64,000 nucleotides of DNA. It comes from a virus. The translations under genes were made by a program, and so were the position numbers. Shown piece by piece: positions 8,362 through 17,683 of this stretch. Numbering within the stretch: the first letter of the stretch is position 1; every line of letters begins with the position of its first letter. Location: the IMG/VR virus record IMGVR_UViG_3300042520_001372; one strand, given 5' to 3'. Below the pieces are notes generated by a model that had not been told where the DNA came from, did not search any database, and saw only the letters and a list, made by a program, of their open reading frames with translations.

Positions 8362-10698
8362 TTAGTGACCATCCCTAAAATTCTTTGCTATTTCCGGTGG
8401 TGCCTTTAAGGTTACCCCTGGTAGCTGGGTAGTGGTTTCCATAACATGCTTAACTACTTCAGCTGCTTCATGAACTAAGTCTTCTCTAATCTTAATGATC
8501 AATTGGTCATGAATCTGGGCAATAACGATACCGTCCCAGTCTCTTCTCTTAAACTCCCTATTAATGGCTAAAGCTGCTCGATTAACCACTGATGCTGCTA
8601 AAGATTGAATTTGAAAGTTTAAGCAGTTATTCAAAGCATTCTTATAATCTCCGTAGAGTCTCTTTACATTATCTCCTCCAATCTCTTTAGTAAGATCATT
8701 TCTAAACTTCCAATCCATAATCCTTTCTCCAAAAGAATCATAAACCGCTTTACCTCTATCAAGGTGTCGGATTCGACCTACTTGGTTTTTAATAAAGCCA
8801 TCTCTTTTAAACAATGCTCTTGAATTGTCAATCCATTCAGCAACTCCCGGGAACCCTTTCATATAACCTTCGTGAAGCCTCTTTCCTTCTTCTTGAGGTA
8901 CTCCTAAGGACATTGCAAGTGCGTAAGGAGACATTCCGTAAGCAACTCCTAACGAATAACCCTTTGCTTGATTTCGTTTAGGTGCATCAAGCTTCTTAAG
9001 GAAGTTAGGAGCCTTTTTATCAGCTGATACTCCGTCGGGGTACTTATCTCTTTGTTCGTCAAGCTTTTCGGTTCGGATAGCAACCGTTGAATAGAAATCA
9101 TGACCTTGACTAAAGATCTCTTGCATGGCTTCGTCATTAGATATGGAAGCGAAAATGTGAGGCTCTAAAGACTCGAAGTCATTATCAATCAACAAGTAAC
9201 CAGGGTCTGTTGTAAAGAATGCTCTGATCTCGTTATTGTATTTAACGATGATTGGATCTGCTTCTCCATCTTCTTTAGGCTTAGGTAACTGCTGAAGGTC
9301 AGATCCGTATCTGCCTGACACAGTTCCGTTCTGTTTAAAATAAGGGAAGAAACGTCCATCCTCTGCTTGATCGTAAAATCGATCCACGTAGGTTGACTTA
9401 ATCTTTAGGAGCTTATTATAGATACGTAAGTTCCTACACCATTCGTATTTGTCTGATAAAGCTTGAATCATATCATCATCGAATTGAGCTTGGCCTTTAG
9501 TCGTTTTAGATAACGGCTTCTCTTTCAAGTAGTTAAAAGCGATATCACCTAACTGCTTCTTTGATTGAATATTTAACCACTCCCCGTCGTTAAAGTCTTT
9601 CCAAAGCTTCATAGAAACTTTAGTAACAACTTCTTCAGTTAAGCAATCTAAATCTCCAGAAAGCAAATAATCTTTTACCGGACTATCCTCTAGTATAAGG
9701 ATGTTAGCCTGCTTTAAAGAATAGTTTCTCGAGTTTTTAGGTATAGGGAGCTTATACATATCAACCAACGTACAAGCCCAAGTTCCTTTATGACCTGGAG
9801 GGAATTCAGTTAATGCTGAATCGATAATCCATTCTTTAACTTTTTGTAGCTTAAGTAGTTCTTCAATTACTGCCCGGCGATACTTCTCCTGGTCAGTTAA
9901 GATAGCATCTCTAGTTTGTTCTATCAAAGGTATATCAAGGGCTATCCCTTCGATTTCCATTGGTATAGTAACCTCTCTATAAAGGGGCATTACTTCGTCT
10001 TCAAAGAAGAACTTAGTTAGTCCTTCATGCTCGAGAACCGGTAGAAAGTGATTACAAATACGCAAAGTAAGATCCGTATCCGCAGCAGCATATTCACTCA
10101 ACAGGTTAATATCTGCTTTGTAAATCTCAAAGTTATCTTTAGTAACTGAACCGCCATTCTCCTTAATTGAGTTCTTAAGGTTGATCTGTTCTTGGTTAGC
10201 TGCTTCTTCAACATTCAAACCGATCTTATCTTGAATCATAATGGCGATTGATTTTAGTCCGAAAGGACTTGCTCCATACCCGAATGCTCCTTCTTCTTTT
10301 ACCGTGTGAACTAGTAAAGCAGTATCAACCCAAAGTGAAGGTAGCAAGTTGACTTTGTAGAAGTTATCTGTATAACGGCAGTCAAAAGAAGCATTATGCA
10401 TAACAAGTTTCTTTCCAACCAGCATCGAAATAATCTTCTTTGCTATTCGATGACAGCCAATGCTTTCAATCTGACACTCGTCAAGAGTTTGAGTTTCGTT
10501 ATTCCAAAACATAGTCGGCATATAAAAGCCCATTCCTTCTTCACCCGAAACAGAAAAACCAATAATCCTTCCTTTGCGAGTATTTAAAGAGTCTGTTTCT
10601 GTATCATAAGCAAGAATCTCTTTCTCGTTAATATGCTGGATAAGGAGATCAACTAGCTCTTTGCTATTGACAAGGTAATACTTTTTTTCGACAACCAT
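8362..10698 (-). CDS. polA: DNA polymerase family A (3'-5' exonuclease + polymerase)
   Basis: YDTET, HNASFD, YAAAD exo motifs; SGRYGS, DFESLE (A), RNQAKGYSLGVAYG (B), QIHDQ (C). Confidence 0.96.
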   Translation of the reverse strand: MVVEKKYYLVNSKELVDLLIQHINEKEILAYDTETDSLNTRKGRIIGFSVSGEEGMGFYMPTMFWNNETQTLDECQIESIGCHRIAKKIISMLVGKKLVMHNASFDCRYTDNFYKVNLLPSLWVDTALLVHTVKEEGAFGYGASPFGLKSIAIMIQDKIGLNVEEAANQEQINLKNSIKENGGSVTKDNFEIYKADINLLSEYAAADTDLTLRICNHFLPVLEHEGLTKFFFEDEVMPLYREVTIPMEIEGIALDIPLIEQTRDAILTDQEKYRRAVIEELLKLQKVKEWIIDSALTEFPPGHKGTWACTLVDMYKLPIPKNSRNYSLKQANILILEDSPVKDYLLSGDLDCLTEEVVTKVSMKLWKDFNDGEWLNIQSKKQLGDIAFNYLKEKPLSKTTKGQAQFDDDMIQALSDKYEWCRNLRIYNKLLKIKSTYVDRFYDQAEDGRFFPYFKQNGTVSGRYGSDLQQLPKPKEDGEADPIIVKYNNEIRAFFTTDPGYLLIDNDFESLEPHIFASISNDEAMQEIFSQGHDFYSTVAIRTEKLDEQRDKYPDGVSADKKAPNFLKKLDAPKRNQAKGYSLGVAYGMSPYALAMSLGVPQEEGKRLHEGYMKGFPGVAEWIDNSRALFKRDGFIKNQVGRIRHLDRGKAVYDSFGERIMDWKFRNDLTKEIGGDNVKRLYGDYKNALNNCLNFQIQSLAASVVNRAALAINREFKRRDWDGIVIAQIHDQLIIKIREDLVHEAAEVVKHVMETTTQLPGVTLKAPPEIAKNFRDGH

Positions 10699-10702
10699 TA
10701 CT

Positions 10703-10739
10703 TAAATATATGAAAAAAGCCCTTGGGTTGCAAGGGCTC
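10703..10739 (-). terminator. Intrinsic terminator overlapping a TTG-N20-TATATTTA promoter for polA
   Basis: Minus: GAGCCCTTGcaaccCAAGGGC-TTTTTT-caTATATTTA. Confidence 0.8.
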
Positions 10740-10763
10740 TTAAAAGTTTATTTTTTGGTTTGC

Positions 10764-11612
10764 TTAGATTAGAGCATTCCCTATGTGAGTCATAATATCT
10801 TGTCTAGCACCGTCAACCATTCCTGGCTCTGTCATTGACCCTGCTTTCCATACATTCCAAGCTTTCTCTACCATCTTAACACCGTCTTCGAAGTCAGAAC
10901 CTAGTACATCAATATACCCACCGATCATTTCTTCCTTAATAGTTTGCTTTTCAGCCCATGCAGCAACAATTTTTTCTGCTTCAGCAAGTACACCGTCTTC
11001 ACCATCTACCCTAGTTATAAGTTTTTCAATATACGCCTGAGCTGCTTTCTTTGAAACTACTCCGGATAGAAACTCGTCAGCTTGTCTATTTTCGCCTAGT
11101 TCATCAGCAAGCATCATAATCATACCCATCTGTTCAAAGCTTATAGCGTGAGCTGGTCTGTTTAAGATCTCAGCTGATTTGCTAGATGCTTCATTTATAG
11201 GGCTATCCTCTGGCATTTCTTCAATATAATCTATATCGCTTTCTTGGAAATCCCAGTCACCGCCACCAGCTTCTGTGCCGACAACGCTGCCGCCGTAAGT
11301 CTTACCTGTTGTAGGTGAATAACCATGTACAGTTAAGTCAGCACTATAATTGTCATAGTAGTCTAATACGTCTGCAACTTCCCATTTAATATCGGTAGGA
11401 ATATTACTACCCTCCTTCATTGGAACTGCTCCAGGAACTACAGAAGGTCCGCTACGGAGATCCATTTCTTTTTCTTCTTTTTCGTATTTATTGATAGCAG
11501 CCATTGCAGCAGCATCTTTCTCCTCTTCGGGAGTCATTACACCAGAATTTGTCTTTGGAGCTACTTCACGCATTGATCTTTTAATAAGTTCTTTTATTAC
11601 TGAACGTTTCAT
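10764..11612 (-). CDS. Acidic late protein, putative internal virion protein
   Basis: Own TATTTATA (11617-11624) and own terminator; MKRSVIKELIK leader; repeated (I/L/M)xE motifs. Confidence 0.55.
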   Translation of the reverse strand: MKRSVIKELIKRSMREVAPKTNSGVMTPEEEKDAAAMAAINKYEKEEKEMDLRSGPSVVPGAVPMKEGSNIPTDIKWEVADVLDYYDNYSADLTVHGYSPTTGKTYGGSVVGTEAGGGDWDFQESDIDYIEEMPEDSPINEASSKSAEILNRPAHAISFEQMGMIMMLADELGENRQADEFLSGVVSKKAAQAYIEKLITRVDGEDGVLAEAEKIVAAWAEKQTIKEEMIGGYIDVLGSDFEDGVKMVEKAWNVWKAGSMTEPGMVDGARQDIMTHIGNALI

Positions 11613-11626
11613 ATCTTATAAATAGG

Positions 11627-12148
11627 TTATTTTTTCTGTTCCCAAGCATTAGTACCGCCTTGCCACTGACCGTCGTAGAGTTCGTCTACAGGAGCATTCT
11701 CATGGAAGAACATTTGAGCTGCTCTAGCATTCTTTTCTAAGATTAAGAATACGCTAACAATCATCACCGTACCCATTTTCTCTGTTTCATATCCTGAATC
11801 CCAAACGGGAGAAACAATCGAAGTTCCTGTCCTGTACAGAGAAGATCTATGAAGAACAAACCCAGTTGCATTGTCAGGAATCTTACATCCTTCGTTGAAG
11901 GTGATTGCGTAACTTCCTTTGTCTAATCTCCAGCATTCCTTGCCGTCAATCTTAACGGTATCAACTTCCATGAAGTTTAAAGGATCTATAATAGTTAAGT
12001 CCTTGTAAACTACTGAACCTGCTAAAATGCGTTCAACTTTACATACTGAAAGGTCAATTCCAACCTGGGTTGGTTTTGAGTACTGCGAAGGAATTACAAT
12101 CCCTCTCTCTAATATTTCTTTGCTTGTTAGTAACATATTATTCTTCAA
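11627..12148 (-). CDS. Trimeric dUTPase / dCTP deaminase family protein
   Basis: GIDL, RSSL.R.G, WDSGY, YDGQWQG motifs. Confidence 0.85.
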   Translation of the reverse strand: MKNNMLLTSKEILERGIVIPSQYSKPTQVGIDLSVCKVERILAGSVVYKDLTIIDPLNFMEVDTVKIDGKECWRLDKGSYAITFNEGCKIPDNATGFVLHRSSLYRTGTSIVSPVWDSGYETEKMGTVMIVSVFLILEKNARAAQMFFHENAPVDELYDGQWQGGTNAWEQKK

Positions 12149-12647
12149 TTATTTCTCCGGTGATAAAAGGCTGGTTTCGCTTAGTTCCGTTAGTTGCATC
12201 AAGGCCGTAACCTACCAACCATGCTTCATTATTTAATTCAAATCCGTAGATAAGATCCTCCATATAGGAATAGCTTCTTTTAAATAAAGTAACCGGAGTA
12301 ATTGACTTAGCTCCCTTAGTTTGAAGATGGGCTATCAAGCGTTTCATAGTGTTACCCGAATCGTAGATGTCGTCAACTATAAAGACGTCCTTATCTTTTA
12401 AATCAATTGAGACATCCTTCAGAATATCTACCCGGTCTTGAACTTGCCCTAAGTATGATTTTGCTTGCATAAAGTCGATTTCACAATCAACCTCCATGTT
12501 ACGAACCAGGTCTGCGAAGAACATAAATGCTCCGTTTAGAACTCCGATCATAACCCTTGATGAATTCTCAGGATTGTTTTTGTAGCTTACCTCAAGGGCA
12601 AGACTTTTTACTCTTGTTTGAATTTCCTCTTCTGTGAATAGAACCAT
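12138..12647 (-). CDS. hpt: Purine phosphoribosyltransferase (HPRT-like)
   Basis: GVLNGAFMFFADL, VFIVDDIYDSGNT PRPP loop, LVGYGLD. Confidence 0.9.
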   Translation of the reverse strand: MVLFTEEEIQTRVKSLALEVSYKNNPENSSRVMIGVLNGAFMFFADLVRNMEVDCEIDFMQAKSYLGQVQDRVDILKDVSIDLKDKDVFIVDDIYDSGNTMKRLIAHLQTKGAKSITPVTLFKRSYSYMEDLIYGFELNNEAWLVGYGLDATNGTKRNQPFITGEIIEE

Positions 12648-12652
12648 ATAAC

Positions 12653-13228
12653 TTATTTAATTTTGTACTGCGTATAACTACTTAATGTTGGAACTGTATT
12701 GGAAAAATAATAAACTTCTGTCGTATTTGCAACTTTAATTGTCTTAAAAAATCCATCCGGAATAGTTGCACCGGTTGGTAGCTTCTGAGATCTTGGAGAG
12801 TAAACCATTCTGATCTCAACAAACACTTTACCTTGTTTAGCTAATTCCCTTTCTCTAACCTCTAACATTCTCCAGACTCCTCTGTTTAGTCTTTCATGCT
12901 GTAGTACGCAGTTCACATAGGAGAAAGTCTTAAGGAGCATTTCTCTTGTGCAATTAAAATCAGCAGCAGGAGCACAATGACCTTTGTCCCAAACATTAGC
13001 AACATAGTCGTTAGCATCTGAGGTTACGATGCCAGGAACGGTATAAAAATCCATGCCTGTTCTAGCAGCGGTGCCGGCAGTGCATTGAACTGTGTACCAT
13101 ACTCGTTTAGGTTGTTGAAGAACCTCGGAATAAACTGCTTCATAAATGTCTGTTTTAATATAGATTGAATCTCTTAACTGTGCTAATAATGATAACGGAA
13201 GTAAAAATAAAACTATAATGAATCTCAT
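12653..13228 (-). CDS. Secreted DNA/RNA non-specific endonuclease (His-Me, NucA-like)
   Basis: Signal peptide; WDKGH..PAADF, TFSYVN...Q...LNRGVW..LE. Confidence 0.9.
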   Translation of the reverse strand: MRFIIVLFLLPLSLLAQLRDSIYIKTDIYEAVYSEVLQQPKRVWYTVQCTAGTAARTGMDFYTVPGIVTSDANDYVANVWDKGHCAPAADFNCTREMLLKTFSYVNCVLQHERLNRGVWRMLEVRERELAKQGKVFVEIRMVYSPRSQKLPTGATIPDGFFKTIKVANTTEVYYFSNTVPTLSSYTQYKIK

Positions 13229-13243
13229 ATTAATAAATATGGA

Positions 13244-14407
13244 TTAATTACTTAACGGTGCTTTGATTATTGGGTGTGATTGGTAATTAGTTAACTGGAT
13301 ATCTTCTAATAGGCATTTACAGAAATTATCATCTGCTAAGCCTGAAATGAAGCCTGAAGTGCTAATTGGACCTACTCCGCATTCTCCTGATTCTGTTTGC
13401 CAGAATTCGGTGTTTATATTTAGTGTAGGTAACTCAAATGGCTCTCTGCTAATCTGCTCCTTTGCTTGTTCAATATGGTTGTTATATAGATGCGTATCAC
13501 CTAAATGGCCAACCAGATGCTCAGGTACCATGTTAACTACCTTAGCAATAATTTCTAATAACAAACCGTATGAAGCAATATTAAACGGCAAACCTAAAAA
13601 CACATCAACCGATCTTTGGTTCCAAGATAATGAGATTGCTCGCTTAGGAGTAGATGGTTTAGCTATCTCTTCTACTATGTAAAGATTTTCCCATTCAACA
13701 TTAGTATTCTTCATAACCCATTGAACTTGTTCTTCCCATGTTAGTTCTCTTGTATAAACTTGAAATCCATAATGACAAGGTGGAAGTACCATTTGGTCTA
13801 ATTCACCTACATTCCAAGCATTAACCATTAATCGTCTTGAGTCTGGGTTTGTTTTGAGTTCAGAGATTAGGTTTGCGATTTGGTCAAAATTACCCCAACC
13901 CAATTCATAGCTTGTAGATGTTAATTGTGTTTTTGTTACACCTTCCCAATTTCTCCATTGTTTACCATAGATTGGACCTAATTCACCCCACGTATTAGCA
14001 AACTCATCATCGGTTTTGATTTTGTCAATGAATTCTTCTATTGTAAATGGTTCAGTTAATGTTCTGTTTTTCTTAGAATTCTCTAATAATTTGGTTTTAC
14101 CAACATATTCACCTTTATTATATCTTTTAATATAGGCTTGGTAAGCATCACCATTCCAAATATTACATCCGTTATCAACTAAATATTTAATATTTGTATC
14201 TCCTTTTAAGAACCACATCAATTCAGTAGCCATTGTTTTAAATGCAACCTTTTTAGTAGTTAGTAGTGGAAAACCATTCCTCATGTTATGATGAATCATG
14301 TAACCAAAAATACTTTTAGTTCCAGTTCCTGTTCTGTCTTGCTTGTCGGCTCCAAAGTCAATAATGTCCTGAAGGAGGGATTGGTATTGTTCGTCTAATC
14401 GATTCAT
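13244..14407 (-). CDS. thyA: Thymidylate synthase ThyA (with insertions)
   Basis: DRTGTGT, PDSRR, LPPCH, QRSVDVFLGLPFN, GDTHLY. Confidence 0.97.
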   Translation of the reverse strand: MNRLDEQYQSLLQDIIDFGADKQDRTGTGTKSIFGYMIHHNMRNGFPLLTTKKVAFKTMATELMWFLKGDTNIKYLVDNGCNIWNGDAYQAYIKRYNKGEYVGKTKLLENSKKNRTLTEPFTIEEFIDKIKTDDEFANTWGELGPIYGKQWRNWEGVTKTQLTSTSYELGWGNFDQIANLISELKTNPDSRRLMVNAWNVGELDQMVLPPCHYGFQVYTRELTWEEQVQWVMKNTNVEWENLYIVEEIAKPSTPKRAISLSWNQRSVDVFLGLPFNIASYGLLLEIIAKVVNMVPEHLVGHLGDTHLYNNHIEQAKEQISREPFELPTLNINTEFWQTESGECGVGPISTSGFISGLADDNFCKCLLEDIQLTNYQSHPIIKAPLSN

Positions 14408-14410
14408 AAC

Positions 14411-14593
14411 TTAATCTTGTTTTGTTCCTAATGCCCAAATCGAGTCTGGAAATAATTCAATTCGTAATTTTAAAATAGTGTCTCTGTGTTCCTGGAATTT
14501 ATCTCCCTCAACAGATTTGTGTCCATTTAATATGGCTTTAGTCATCTCATAATCCAACTTAGATATTAAAGCTAACTTTTCAGGCTCGGTCAT
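14411..14593 (-). CDS. Hypothetical protein
   Basis: 60-aa ORF coupled by ATGA. Confidence 0.55.
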   Translation of the reverse strand: MTEPEKLALISKLDYEMTKAILNGHKSVEGDKFQEHRDTILKLRIELFPDSIWALGTKQD

Positions 14594-14991
14594 AATTTAG
14601 ATTCGGGTATTTTAAATGCTCTCTTAACTTGTTCTGAAATTGGGATAGGAATTCCTTCATCGTCTACTCTAACGAAGGTCATGTTGGTTGCAAGTAGAAT
14701 AGCTTCATCGCCTCTAAAAACATTGTAGGCTCTTGCTTGAATCCGGAACGTTGCTGAGGTATTTCCAACCTTAAACATTTCTGCATAGATTTTTATCAGC
14801 TGTTTTTCCTTGGCAGGTTTTCTAAAAACACACTCGTCAAGAGCAATAGTAATCATATTCTGTGACCGGCATTTCTCCATTGCATAAGCTGCCACGGCAG
14901 CATCTACCCATGAAAGCAATTTGCCTCCGAATAGATTGCCGTGAAAGCCTAAATCAGATTTCTTAACGGGGTGTGTTGATAGTAAGTCCAT
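14590..14991 (-). CDS. Acyl-CoA thioesterase (hotdog fold, YciA-like)
   Basis: DLGFHGNLFGGKLLSWVD, VGNTS, TFVRVD. Confidence 0.9.
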   Translation of the reverse strand: MDLLSTHPVKKSDLGFHGNLFGGKLLSWVDAAVAAYAMEKCRSQNMITIALDECVFRKPAKEKQLIKIYAEMFKVGNTSATFRIQARAYNVFRGDEAILLATNMTFVRVDDEGIPIPISEQVKRAFKIPESKL

Positions 14992-15185
14992 TATCGATCT
15001 ACTTCAATTTTATGACCTATTTGATAAGGCATTACTGAAATCACTGTGAATGTATCACATATGCGATCTATCTTTTTCATAGCAGTACTATCCTGCCTAG
15101 GTCGAACTTTAACTGCTTTGTAGCTATACATGTCCTGTGAAAGGTCTGCATGAATTAATGCTACTATAATTAAAACTGTTTTCAT
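14991..15185 (-). CDS. Small protein with signal-like N-terminus
   Basis: MKTVLIIVALI; TAATG coupling. Confidence 0.55.
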   Translation of the reverse strand: MKTVLIIVALIHADLSQDMYSYKAVKVRPRQDSTAMKKIDRICDTFTVISVMPYQIGHKIEVDR

Positions 15186-15976
15186 TATACTGCTCGCTTA
15201 GTGTCCCAGCTTATTATGTGATCCCTTCCTGTCCAATTGTAGCCCATGTCGAATGCTTTTTCTAATGAGATTGGATACTGCTTGATCAATTCCTCTCTGT
15301 TATCACCAGCAGGCATCAACCAGGTTTTATTCTTAGGGATGTTGTGCTTTACTCTAAATTCTTCAATCTCATTCATTGTTTCTTCAGTACCGTCATACAC
15401 TGGTTTGTAATGGTAGTCCGAATGGTATGCAAGGGTCTTCTCAATTGCATCATCATTTAAACGTAGCTTATTATGCTGATCGATCATCTTCTGGTCGACC
15501 AGTTTACCCATTGGAGTAGTAACATCAAGCTTAGGCACACTATTACTAAACTTAGGTGATAGGGAAATAAGACCAATTGGATAATCCGTCTCGACAAAAT
15601 GAGAACCTTCTGTTTCAATAGTTATAAATATTCCTCTTTGATTAGCAAAATGCGTTAATTCATTACATAGATCTGGCTGCATGGTAGGTGAACCTCCAGT
15701 CAACATCATTTCAGTAATGGTTGGATTCTCATCATAAATTTTAATGATGTCGTTAAATGTAATATGCCCTTTCTCAGGGTGTATACTGCTATACCAACTA
15801 TCACACCATCCGCCTTCGCCAAACCAACATCTGTGAGTACATCCGGTTGTTCTGATAGCAACGGTAGGTCTTCCCTGCCTTGAACCTTCAGACTGGATGC
15901 AAGTATAAAGTTCGATGATGGGTAATTTTTTGTTGTAATCTAAAATACGACCTGGTTTTTTAATTTCTATTGACAT
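15185..15976 (-). CDS. queE: 7-carboxy-7-deazaguanine synthase (radical SAM)
   Basis: IQSEG...G.P..IRTTGC, Cys cluster CTHRCWFGEGGWCD, LTGGSP, ETEG, SLSPK; near queD/queC. Confidence 0.9.
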   Translation of the reverse strand: MSIEIKKPGRILDYNKKLPIIELYTCIQSEGSRQGRPTVAIRTTGCTHRCWFGEGGWCDSWYSSIHPEKGHITFNDIIKIYDENPTITEMMLTGGSPTMQPDLCNELTHFANQRGIFITIETEGSHFVETDYPIGLISLSPKFSNSVPKLDVTTPMGKLVDQKMIDQHNKLRLNDDAIEKTLAYHSDYHYKPVYDGTEETMNEIEEFRVKHNIPKNKTWLMPAGDNREELIKQYPISLEKAFDMGYNWTGRDHIISWDTKRAV

Positions 15977-16006
15977 AATATTTTTTATTAATATAGTTAT
16001 TTTTTA

Positions 16007-16546
16007 TTATAGATCCAACTTTTTATTTTGGTTCTTTCTCTTTAATGTTTCTGAGATTTTTTTCTTTTGCTCTTCAGACATTAGCTTACCTAAATTAGTA
16101 CCGACCATGCCTTTTTTAGCTTCTGATATTCTCCTACCTACTTCAACTGGCATTTTTTTACCTTTGTTTGTTCCTCGAGAACCTTCTGCGTAAGCTTTTT
16201 TTAGACTTTCTGAGATTTTCTTTTTATGCTCTTCTGTTTTTTTATTTAAGCTTTCTTTTATTCTCTGGTATGTTTTTGCAGAAACTCTGTACCTACTTTG
16301 GTTGCTTGCTTCCATTGTTGCCATCATCCACAGAGCGTATTTCAGTTTTTGATTTGTTGGGTAAATTTCAGTAAGAAGTAAGTGGGCTAAGAAATGCTCT
16401 TTAGCTGTAAGCTTTACGAGGTTATCTGGATTATTAGTTCCGTGTAAGCATCTAGGTATTATATGATGTGTTTCAAAATACCCACTTATTTCTTCTCTAG
16501 TCTTAGCTTTCAGTACTAATTGATAATAAATTTTTTGATAGTCCAT
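16007..16546 (-). mobile_element. Free-standing HNH homing endonuclease with NUMOD3-like repeats
   Basis: ETHHIIP...G.N...NLV.LT.KEHFLAH; TEEHKKKISE/SEEQKKKISE repeats; TATTTATA at 16551-16558. Confidence 0.9.
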
Positions 16547-16587
16547 TTATTATAAATAGTAGTAAAAATAATTTACTAAGGGTCACA

Positions 16588-16611
16588 CTAGATTTTAATT
16601 TCTACTGTCAT
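16588..16611 (-). pseudogene. Remnant duplicate of queE 5' end (MTVEIKI*)
   Basis: ATGACAGTAGAAATTAAAA vs queE start ATGTCAATAGAAATTAAAA (17/19 identical), 2 nt after queD stop. Confidence 0.65.
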
Positions 16612-16613
16612 AA

Positions 16614-17078
16614 TTATCCTTCGTAAATTGCTGAATTGCGTCCATGTTCCATAAAGTCTACTCGAACTACTCTCACTCTGCCTTCTGTCTCTGTATGAAT
16701 AAATTCCTGAAGCTTATTAAAGATATGCTCAGCAAATTTCTCTGCTCCTACTGCGGGTAGGATTCTTACTTGAGCTGCTCCTGCTCGATCCATTAACTTA
16801 AATGATTCAAGGAACGGATCATCTTCGGCAATAATCATAGTATGATCGAACATATAGTCCATCCATGCTTTTGGATTCATTCCGTCGATAGTTCCTTTAG
16901 CTCTCTTCATTCCTCCGAAATCCCATACCCAGTTCTTTTCGTCTAACTCTCCTTCAAACCATACTTTAAAAGATACTCCGTATCCATGAACGTACTTACA
17001 ATGAGTTCCCTCTGCTTTCCATTGACGGAATACGCAGCTGAATCCGTCAAATACTTTTGTTGATTGATATTTTCCCAT
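16614..17078 (-). CDS. queD: 6-carboxytetrahydropterin synthase (QueD/PTPS family)
   Basis: HCKYVHGY, WVWDFG, FDHT, E..A..I; next to queE. Confidence 0.88.
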   Translation of the reverse strand: MGKYQSTKVFDGFSCVFRQWKAEGTHCKYVHGYGVSFKVWFEGELDEKNWVWDFGGMKRAKGTIDGMNPKAWMDYMFDHTMIIAEDDPFLESFKLMDRAGAAQVRILPAVGAEKFAEHIFNKLQEFIHTETEGRVRVVRVDFMEHGRNSAIYEG

Positions 17079-17081
17079 AAC

Positions 17082-17112
17082 TTAATATATGAACTTTATT
17101 TAATATAAGCAA
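17082..17112 (-). promoter_or_regulatory. Promoter TTG-N20-TATATTAA upstream of queD
   Basis: Recurrent motif, minus: TTG cttatattaaataaagttca TATATTAA. Confidence 0.65.
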
Positions 17113-17115
17113 GCC

Positions 17116-17364
17116 TTAAGCATTATTGTATGCGTTCATAACTGCTGTCGGAGTTTGAACTCCAACCATTCTGTTAACTACTTCACCGTCCTTAACAATG
17201 ATTACTGTAGGTACATTACGTACTGAGTAAGCAGTAGCTAGGTCAGGTTGATCGTCAACATTAATTTTTTGTACTGGGATTGATTGTCCCATCTGTTCCA
17301 TTACTGGTCCGAATTGCTTACAAGGACCGCACCAAGGTGCACTAAAATATAAAATTTTCTTCAT
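17116..17364 (-). CDS. trxA: Thioredoxin
   Basis: WCGPCK active site, cis-Pro VPT. Confidence 0.95.
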   Translation of the reverse strand: MKKILYFSAPWCGPCKQFGPVMEQMGQSIPVQKINVDDQPDLATAYSVRNVPTVIIVKDGEVVNRMVGVQTPTAVMNAYNNA

Positions 17365-17516
17365 ACTAATTCTTCTATAATACCTATTAATTCTGATAAG
17401 ATTAAAATAAATGCTCCAAGGCTGATGCTCCAGAATAGAGCAACGTAGCCGGAGATTCTAACAGCTGATTTTAAAAAGCTTACCAGCTGGTGTAGTTTAG
17501 GGTCTGGTTGGTTCAT
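17361..17516 (-). CDS. Small membrane protein (51 aa; not in ORF track)
   Basis: Translated by hand: MNQPDPKLHQLVSFLKSAVRISGYVALFWSISLGAFILILSELIGIIEELV; ATGA overlaps at both ends. Confidence 0.7.
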   Translation of the reverse strand: MNQPDPKLHQLVSFLKSAVRISGYVALFWSISLGAFILILSELIGIIEELV

Positions 17517-17683
17517 AGTTCTAATAATTCTGTTCCTGGGTTTGATACTAATACTCGTGATGTATTTTCTTTGTGTAGAGCTTTTCCTGCAGCCCAGTTG
17601 TGAGTCCAGATCAGAGAGCCTTGTACCATACCGGCATAAGCTTCTCCGTCTTTATTTACTATTAGGTAATACTTATCCTTCAT
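17513..17683 (-). CDS. Hypothetical protein (56 aa; not in ORF track)
   Basis: Translated by hand: MKDKYYLIVNKDGEAYAGMVQG...ELLEL; fills the gap after queC. Confidence 0.6.
   Translation of the reverse strand: MKDKYYLIVNKDGEAYAGMVQGSLIWTHNWAAGKALHKENTSRVLVSNPGTELLEL

Noticed and set aside
16596-16612. TAATTTCTACTGT resembling a Cas12a repeat end
   Set aside because: Single copy, no spacers; explained as the reverse complement of the stranded queE start.
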